13,130 nucleotides of DNA from an uncultured Methanosarcinales archaeon (GTDB taxonomy: Archaea; Nanobdellota; Nanobdellia; Woesearchaeales; CAZYIM01), in contig CAZYIM010000049.1 of the NCBI GenBank assembly GCA_964647565.1, positions 1 to 13,130 of the forward strand. Direction: 5' to 3'. Every line of letters starts with the position of its first letter. The stretch's first letter is position 1. A model generated the notes under the pieces. The model was not told the DNA's origin and did no database searches. It was given only the letters and a program-made list of their open reading frames with translations. Of this stretch, positions 6,756 to 13,130 are shown in pieces. The position numbers and the translations under genes are program-made.

Positions 6756-7436
6756 ATGACGACGCCACCAAAACCAAAAGATATCTACAAAGGTTGGACT
6801 ACTGATAAGAGGATTGAGGAATATCATAAACTTAATGAATTGACTGAGGGCATAATCGGACAACTTGATGTTGATCATGATAGAGCATATATTGAAGCCC
6901 ATGATAGATTGTTTGGGAAAAAAAGTGCGGGCGGTATTCGTTATTCTACCAGAAAACAGATGATGAAGACTAAAGAGGGTAGAGATAAGTTTCTTGATGT
7001 TCTTGCAGAAAGTTATCTTGATTTGATTAAAGACAACTTGTCAAAATCTGAACTTTCAGAAGCGAAAAAGAATCCTGTGGCAAGAGATCTACATCTACAC
7101 AGGTTCTATGAAGTCACCAGAGGCAATCTTTCCAAAGAAGTACATAAATACAGAGAACGGTATGATAGGAATGCCCATGATTCATTGATTAAGGCCAAAC
7201 ATATTGAGACTGTGACTGCAGCGATGCAGGCAAGTGCATATGAACCTTTAGAAAAAATAAATAAGGTAGACGCATTGAAAAAACTCACTATTAAAGATAA
7301 AAAAGAGTTAGAGCCTTACATTAGTGCAGAAACTATGAATCACTTTACTCTAGGAGCATTATTGAACTTGCAAAAAGAACAAGGGGAAATAAACAAGAAG
7401 AATGCAGTACCATTATTTCCGGGATTATCTGATTAA
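6756..7436 (+). CDS. Hypothetical protein, paralog A (226 aa)
   Basis: Long ORF with ATG at 6756, two codons after the track's TTG. Aligns along its length to the next ORF (DHD..Y..AHDR.FGKK..GGIRYS, KTK.GR, KKNP..RD). Confidence 0.85.
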   Translation: MTTPPKPKDIYKGWTTDKRIEEYHKLNELTEGIIGQLDVDHDRAYIEAHDRLFGKKSAGGIRYSTRKQMMKTKEGRDKFLDVLAESYLDLIKDNLSKSELSEAKKNPVARDLHLHRFYEVTRGNLSKEVHKYRERYDRNAHDSLIKAKHIETVTAAMQASAYEPLEKINKVDALKKLTIKDKKELEPYISAETMNHFTLGALLNLQKEQGEINKKNAVPLFPGLSD

Positions 7437-7457
7437 ACTTAATTGAGGTTTTGTAAA

Positions 7458-8150
7458 ATGGCTGAGGAAAAAAAGAAGAAAGATATTGATTCCCAGATTA
7501 AAAAGTTCCAAGAATGGGATGAATTCAAAGAAGGTGTTGTAGAACAGGCTGGCACAGACCACGATGGTGTCTATGTACGAGCTCATGACCGAGTCTTTGG
7601 AAAGAAGAAAGGGGGTATCCGTTATTCTGATAAGAAAAAAAGATTAAAGACCAAGAAAGGCCGTCAGGAATTCAGAACAGCTATCATGGATGAATACAGA
7701 AAATTGGTCGAGGGTTATGGCAATAAAGAGATGGCTGAAGATACTAAGAAAAATCCGATAACCCGAGATTTCATGATCAATGCTTTTTACAAGACAAATG
7801 CTGGTTTAGTTGATAGATATCTGGACCAATACAAGGATAGGTATACTATTGAAGTTCATGGTGAGATGAAAAACAATCATCTAAGAGATCTGTCAGAATC
7901 ATTATCTGCATCAGCCAATGAAGCTCTAAAGGATGTCGATAAGGATGCATTTATGAAAAGGCTTGATGGTGATTTGTCAAAAAGTCTCAACAAGGCTGCA
8001 CTTGATGAAAGGGGCATGGCTTCTATATTGAAATATGAGAGAGAAAGCGGAAGAGCCACTGAAAAAGGTGCAAGAAACGTTCTTGCAGACCATTATTTTG
8101 TTAAAGAAGCTGAACAAGACCGTCCTGACAAGAAATATAAGCATAAATAA
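7458..8150 (+). CDS. Hypothetical protein, paralog B (230 aa)
   Basis: GAGGT ribosome-binding site at 7445-7449 ahead of ATG 7458, 21 nt after the paralog A stop. Clear homology to paralog A. Confidence 0.85.
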   Translation: MAEEKKKKDIDSQIKKFQEWDEFKEGVVEQAGTDHDGVYVRAHDRVFGKKKGGIRYSDKKKRLKTKKGRQEFRTAIMDEYRKLVEGYGNKEMAEDTKKNPITRDFMINAFYKTNAGLVDRYLDQYKDRYTIEVHGEMKNNHLRDLSESLSASANEALKDVDKDAFMKRLDGDLSKSLNKAALDERGMASILKYERESGRATEKGARNVLADHYFVKEAEQDRPDKKYKHK

Positions 8151-8155
8151 TTTCT

Positions 8156-10318
8156 TTAAGAGAACACAGGCCATATATCTGTTTTATAATCTACACTGTA
8201 ATCTTCTAGATCCGAGATGATGTCTATATCTGTTATGTCCTTTGCTGTAGACATGTCTGCGTTTGGTATGTAGACTGTTAGGGTATCTTTAGTGCTCAGG
8301 ATGTCGAAATCAATTTCCAGATAACCTGTATTATTGTCGAAAATAGCCATGCCTGTCATGAAACTGGAATTCAATATCATTGGATCTGTAGTCTTATCAT
8401 TGCCGTCCTCATCCTGGTATTTATAGCCCGGAATAGTCAATTCATTAGGCGGCGTATAGTTCCTGAAGAGCATGAATCTTGCAGTGTAGTTGCCTGACAC
8501 AAGCTTGATCTCTGGGAATGTGAAGTTGTCACCTTTTATCTCAACAACCTTGATAAAGCTGTTGTCAGTAGGTCCTGTAACCCTCTCGAATATTGCCAGC
8601 ATGTGCTCATCATGACGGATATCCTGGCTTACATTGGTGTAGTTCCATTGTGTATCTACAATGTTCACATATACATTCCTGATTAACTTCTTCACTGGCT
8701 TGACTTTTATAGGTGTTTCAGGCTCCATGAACAAGGTGATTGTAGAATCATAGCCCTCAAAGGTATTCAACATAGTTGAACGTGGGAAATAACCTTCTTT
8801 TATACCTGATAATATGCCTCCAAGACAGAGCGGAAGCTTTCCTTTAACAACAGAATCGCCCGTATCATCAATCAGGGCCTGGCCTAAACCCACACCGCTG
8901 CTTACACAGCTAAAAGAGACATAGACATTATCTAATGGTTCATTAGTAACATAATCCTTTACATAGACTGTAATCTCTCCTGACTTGAAATTTTCCGGAT
9001 TAGAGAAGAGATCTGGCATCGAGCTTTCTTCATAAGGACTTAGGCTCATATTCTGGTTTTGGACCAATGCCTCGTTGTTCCTGACATTGATCTCCATTCC
9101 AAACCTGAACATATAACCCTCACCATTGAAAGCATCCTGATCATAGATCTGGGTTACAATTGGATAAGCTAGGCTATAGCTGAACTCATATTGCCTTAGA
9201 GAGAATGGGATTGGAAAGGTCATTGTATATTCCTGAGGCAGTAAGACTCCTGCTCTCTGACCGTTTATATTCAAATAAAGCTGCCAATTAGGGAAATAGA
9301 TATAATTAACATCCAGCTTGCCAAGATCCATATCTGGATTGGTTGCACTTGGATTGAAAAGTAAGTTTTTATAGACTGCGGTGGTCGTCGCATCTTCTGA
9401 GAAATATGGTATGAAGTTATTTGCACCCACTGTTTGGACCATAGGTACATAGCTTGAAAGCAAACCCTTGATATTATTGTTTACCTCTGTGAACTCCCAC
9501 ATATTTGAGCCGCTCAGGCTGGTTTCCATGGGTCCTGCTAAAGGAGGTAGTTTTGAGCTTTTGCTTATTGCATTAAATGCAATCAGATACATGGCAAGTT
9601 CCTCGAAATAATTTATAGAACCATATTCTGTTGCTACAATCTCAGATGCAGAATGATAGACATTCTTAAAATTTATATCCAGATTAGTTGAAAAATCCTC
9701 AAAGGATGTTGGGCTGTCAGTGCCATAAAGCTCGACTGTAACTGGATATTTGAGCTTTGCATGTGTCCTTTCACCAAAGGTGATCTCTATTTGAGGATCC
9801 TCATGAACAATAATCTCATATTTGTGTCTAAAAGGATTAAAATCATCGATACAGACAACCAATTTCTCTTCAGCATAACCTTCTAGTTGGGATTTAATAG
9901 ATTTGTCACCTGATTCCAACGAAGGTTTCTTGAATTCATATTGGCAGTTAAAGCAGTCATTGCTGGATTTAAGATAGAGCCAGTAAGGGATGATTATATC
10001 TGATTCTGGAAAGAATTCAAGGGCATTGGCTTCTGTCTCCAATCCATTGATAGTATAGAAGCCTTCTGCATCGAGGTCTAGATAGCCTCCATTCTGGCCC
10101 AGGATGACCAGACCTTCCTTGGTAACCTGGTTCATGCAGCTTTCAACATGGGTCTTGATAGCATCCATTTCAGCAGGTATGTCCCTTATCACAACTTCAT
10201 CAGGAGGTCTTTCGCTCTGGCTGACCTTAGCAACATATATGGCTAGTCCTGCAACTATGAGTATTACAATTCCCAATATCACAAACAATGTTATCTGTGC
10301 CCTCTTTTTTTGTATCAT
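8156..10318 (-). CDS. Large surface protein with class III (archaeal pilin-type) signal peptide
   Basis: MIQKKRA|QITLFVILGIVILIVAGLAIY (basic residues, A|Q, hydrophobic stretch), followed by VESC...GLVILGQNGGY. A beta-sandwich/carboxypeptidase-regulatory-like segment (ITVYVKDYVTNEPLDNVYV...KEGYFP) and several NxS/T sequons. ATG 10318 lies 1 nt after the upstream TAA. Confidence 0.8.
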   Translation of the reverse strand: MIQKKRAQITLFVILGIVILIVAGLAIYVAKVSQSERPPDEVVIRDIPAEMDAIKTHVESCMNQVTKEGLVILGQNGGYLDLDAEGFYTINGLETEANALEFFPESDIIIPYWLYLKSSNDCFNCQYEFKKPSLESGDKSIKSQLEGYAEEKLVVCIDDFNPFRHKYEIIVHEDPQIEITFGERTHAKLKYPVTVELYGTDSPTSFEDFSTNLDINFKNVYHSASEIVATEYGSINYFEELAMYLIAFNAISKSSKLPPLAGPMETSLSGSNMWEFTEVNNNIKGLLSSYVPMVQTVGANNFIPYFSEDATTTAVYKNLLFNPSATNPDMDLGKLDVNYIYFPNWQLYLNINGQRAGVLLPQEYTMTFPIPFSLRQYEFSYSLAYPIVTQIYDQDAFNGEGYMFRFGMEINVRNNEALVQNQNMSLSPYEESSMPDLFSNPENFKSGEITVYVKDYVTNEPLDNVYVSFSCVSSGVGLGQALIDDTGDSVVKGKLPLCLGGILSGIKEGYFPRSTMLNTFEGYDSTITLFMEPETPIKVKPVKKLIRNVYVNIVDTQWNYTNVSQDIRHDEHMLAIFERVTGPTDNSFIKVVEIKGDNFTFPEIKLVSGNYTARFMLFRNYTPPNELTIPGYKYQDEDGNDKTTDPMILNSSFMTGMAIFDNNTGYLEIDFDILSTKDTLTVYIPNADMSTAKDITDIDIISDLEDYSVDYKTDIWPVFS

Positions 10319-10319
10319 C

Positions 10320-13130
10320 TTAATCAAAAGCATAAGTTGTCAATGGAACGCAAAACTCGCTGTTTGGCCGACCTTGCTGCCAATCAACTAAGGGATAAAC
10401 CGTCTCTTCGAACTCATCGAAATAAGGCGCTATATCTTCATGTGCCTTGAAGCAAACTTTGCTATACTTGCTTGTTGAGTTGATATAAAGCACGCTGCTG
10501 GTCAAAGGCGTTCTCTGGATAGTTGTTAAGAGAGATTCATTCATCTCCATGCTCAGATCTGGCTTGCCATCTGCTTTTAACAATACTTCCCAATCCAAAC
10601 CAGCCTTTTTCATCGAAACCTCTAGTGAAGCAAAATAATCATAAATTATATTTTGATTGGCATCCTGTTTTTCAGTAACTTGGCCTTCAACATGGATTGC
10701 AGACATCATATAGCCGTCCATATTTATCAAAGGAACATTAGCAACTGGTTTTTGGTCTGTCTTGCCTCTCTTGCATATCTCCTCAGCAAAGCCATCCTCA
10801 GTAAACCACTTACCCCAGCCCTCCTGGAAGAACTCATCTATCTCAGATATCATCACATTATCAAAACCACCGCCAAGCAAATTGCCGATCTCAGCACCAA
10901 TCACACCATTATTCAATATGGTGCCCACAATCACAGCACTCTCAGGATTCCTCCAGACTTGATTGAATTTATGCTCTGATGAAGCATCGTTTACAGCAGC
11001 AACATAAGCATCCTCTGCTTTATTAGCTACAGCCCTCAGGCCATCTTCCCCATTTACTTCATTTTCTTTAGTATCTATAAGTCCGCGTAGTCTATTACGA
11101 CAAGCATCATCTTGGCAGCCAGATAATTCTGATTGTAGTCTAGATAATTCTGCCTGTCCTTGGGCCCATCTTTTTCTGGCTGTGTTCCATTCAGACTGTG
11201 TTGTTTCAATAGTATCAATTAATGTTTGCATGGCATTACGATTTGCTTGATTTTCAATATTCTTAAGTAAAGTTGTACTCAGTGAAGTCATAAATTTACT
11301 TTGAGCAGTTTCGCCATCAGTTTTTATGGTATTTTGTTTACTTTGAATAGTTGCAGCAATTTCATCTGGAGCTTTTAAATTGTTTATATCATCAACACTT
11401 AAACCATTTATATCTGCATTTTGAATTACTTTTTGCATGTCATTCAAATTAGCTTGTGCATTTTCAAAAGGTTCATTCATTTGAGCTAGCTTTTCATCGT
11501 ATAAAGTGTCAGCTGCTTCTATGATCCAACCAGGAGTACCAGTTTGCCATCTAAAGTCATCACTCCAATAAGGACTCATCGAATCCTGCACATATTCATC
11601 CCATTTATCTTCATTAGGAAAATCTGTCATAAACTTATTGTAGTCTATTTGTGCCTTGTTAAAATCAATTTGAGCGTTCTGATAATTTGCTGCAAAATGT
11701 TGATTAAAGTTCACCAAATATCCATCTGGGTGCATAACAAAGGTTTCACTTTCAGTTGAAGAAGTCCTCACAGTATAGATGTTTCCTGTCCTGCAAGTAA
11801 TATAATCACAATTGTATTTTTCATTATTGTCTAAAACTATCTCCCGACCTGCGAATGGCGAGTTATACTGCCTATCCAATTGCGGCGGTGTCAGTGGCGG
11901 GAACTCCCCGCGTATCTCATCGCAGTATTCTTCTGCATTTGTAGAGCTCTTGCCTACAATACCTCCCATATCAAACTCAACTATGGAAGTATAGATCTCT
12001 TTGCCCTGTCGTACTAAATTACCGATCTTAGAGGTTTCTGCAAGGATATTGCATACGCCTTTGCCTGGGAATACTTTTATGGTTGAGCAGCTTACACTTA
12101 AAGCAGAGAACACCAGACCTACTGGATTAGAGAGCGCTGTCCTTACCTTTCCAACAATATTGCCAAGTAAAGCAGAATATGGAACTGCCTGGAATATCTC
12201 TCCTGTAAAGTATCTGCAGTGCATATAGGAGCGCATGTTTGAACAGCTTGCAGGGGAAAACCCTGAATTGGCCATTGATTGTAAGCAATGGACATAATGG
12301 CAGTCAGTGGCCTGTTTTCTTTTCATAGAGTCAACAAAGCCAGGAGCGCACAGATACACAACAGACCATACAATGCTCCTGTGAGGATTCATTGCCATGG
12401 ATACGTTATCGTATCCAGCCCATTTGGCCATGGTCTCTCCACCTGGGAAAAGCTTATCAGGATTAATTGCATTTGTTATAGGATTGTTTCTTTTGCAAGT
12501 AAAGAACGAACAGAATTGTTTGAATATACCATTTTTTCCGCCAAACAGGTTCTCTCCAAACACACCTGTCTTTTCACCACTTTCTACAAGGGCCTTTCCT
12601 GCCGCTTTAGTAGGTGGTGGTATTTGCAGGATATTTCCTGTCACAGAAAGCGCTGCGCCTGTTATCTCGATAGGCTTGGTTATGCCGCATATTGACTTGC
12701 CCAGTTTGACAAAGGCCTCAAACCGCATCAGTGTTTCCAGCTCTTTTCGCATCTCAACCTGTGTCAGATTTATCTCTTGAGCAAGATGTTCATGAATGGC
12801 TGCTATGTTCTCGACATCCCATTCCATGATAAAGGTTTCAGTCTCTTTCTTGGAATAGATCTTGGAAGCCTTTTTAGAAAGCAACTTGATTGAGCAGTTA
12901 CATCTCAACTTACCATCTGCATCTGCAGGTATGTTGCCTTGCCTGAACCTGAACAACAACAAGGGATTCCTATCGTATGGTAAAGATAGCAACTTAGGAC
13001 CTTTTCCAGCCACATCCATGAATGCAGAGCATGATGTGTTTGGATCCACTTCAATGCACTGTCCGGGCTCAACAGATACAAGGTCCACATCACCTCTTAG
13101 GTTCTCTAATTTGACCCATGTGTGCACTTG
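10320..13130 (-). CDS. Large Cys-rich, probably extracellular protein (5' end outside window)
   Basis: The frame is open to the window edge (>936 aa). Cys-rich helical domain (SVVYLCAPG...CHYVHCL...C...YMHCRYFTGEIFQAVP), a Q/N/A-rich coiled-coil segment and a C-terminal beta-rich domain. Its stop abuts the start of the pilin-like gene. Confidence 0.8.
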   Translation of the reverse strand, partial: QVHTWVKLENLRGDVDLVSVEPGQCIEVDPNTSCSAFMDVAGKGPKLLSLPYDRNPLLLFRFRQGNIPADADGKLRCNCSIKLLSKKASKIYSKKETETFIMEWDVENIAAIHEHLAQEINLTQVEMRKELETLMRFEAFVKLGKSICGITKPIEITGAALSVTGNILQIPPPTKAAGKALVESGEKTGVFGENLFGGKNGIFKQFCSFFTCKRNNPITNAINPDKLFPGGETMAKWAGYDNVSMAMNPHRSIVWSVVYLCAPGFVDSMKRKQATDCHYVHCLQSMANSGFSPASCSNMRSYMHCRYFTGEIFQAVPYSALLGNIVGKVRTALSNPVGLVFSALSVSCSTIKVFPGKGVCNILAETSKIGNLVRQGKEIYTSIVEFDMGGIVGKSSTNAEEYCDEIRGEFPPLTPPQLDRQYNSPFAGREIVLDNNEKYNCDYITCRTGNIYTVRTSSTESETFVMHPDGYLVNFNQHFAANYQNAQIDFNKAQIDYNKFMTDFPNEDKWDEYVQDSMSPYWSDDFRWQTGTPGWIIEAADTLYDEKLAQMNEPFENAQANLNDMQKVIQNADINGLSVDDINNLKAPDEIAATIQSKQNTIKTDGETAQSKFMTSLSTTLLKNIENQANRNAMQTLIDTIETTQSEWNTARKRWAQGQAELSRLQSELSGCQDDACRNRLRGLIDTKENEVNGEDGLRAVANKAEDAYVAAVNDASSEHKFNQVWRNPESAVIVGTILNNGVIGAEIGNLLGGGFDNVMISEIDEFFQEGWGKWFTEDGFAEEICKRGKTDQKPVANVPLINMDGYMMSAIHVEGQVTEKQDANQNIIYDYFASLEVSMKKAGLDWEVLLKADGKPDLSMEMNESLLTTIQRTPLTSSVLYINSTSKYSKVCFKAHEDIAPYFDEFEETVYPLVDWQQGRPNSEFCVPLTTYAFD

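Noticed and set aside
6756..8150. Diversity-generating retroelement TR/VR pair or recent DNA repeat
   Set aside because: The similarity is protein-level with synonymous divergence rather than adenine-specific, and no reverse transcriptase is in the window.
11050..11835. Intein or mobile element as the cause of the AT-rich insert (also considered for 5740-6050)
   Set aside because: No intein terminal HN-C/S/T or LAGLIDADG motifs, no terminal inverted repeats and no transposase.
10104..13093. Short ORFs overlapping the two large minus-strand genes
   Set aside because: Shadow ORFs with no expression signals or recognisable domains.

Overview
Gene-dense archaeal chromosomal segment, most likely from a DPANN lineage such as Woesearchaeota. 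This assignment is inferred from BRE-TATA promoters, GGTGA/GGAGG ribosome-binding sites and a KKRAQ-type class III signal peptide protein. Eleven credible CDSs, in order: a 5'-truncated SGNH hydrolase; a membrane-anchored transglutaminase-like protein; a CBS pair with a Zn ribbon; a HAD hydrolase with a DxS motif; a 97-aa orphan; a fused, internally duplicated nucleotidyltransferase-HEPN protein (MNT*-MNT-HEPN-HEPN*); a metallophosphoesterase with non-canonical motifs; two tandem paralogous orphans transcribed divergently from it across a dyad-symmetric promoter; a large pilin-like surface protein; and a 5'-truncated Cys-rich giant protein with an AT-rich coiled-coil segment. No rRNA, tRNA, CRISPR array, transposase or reverse transcriptase was seen. 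The best candidate for an undescribed system is the 3279-8150 block (MNT-HEPN fusion, atypical phosphoesterase, paralog pair), but functional linkage among these genes is inference only.
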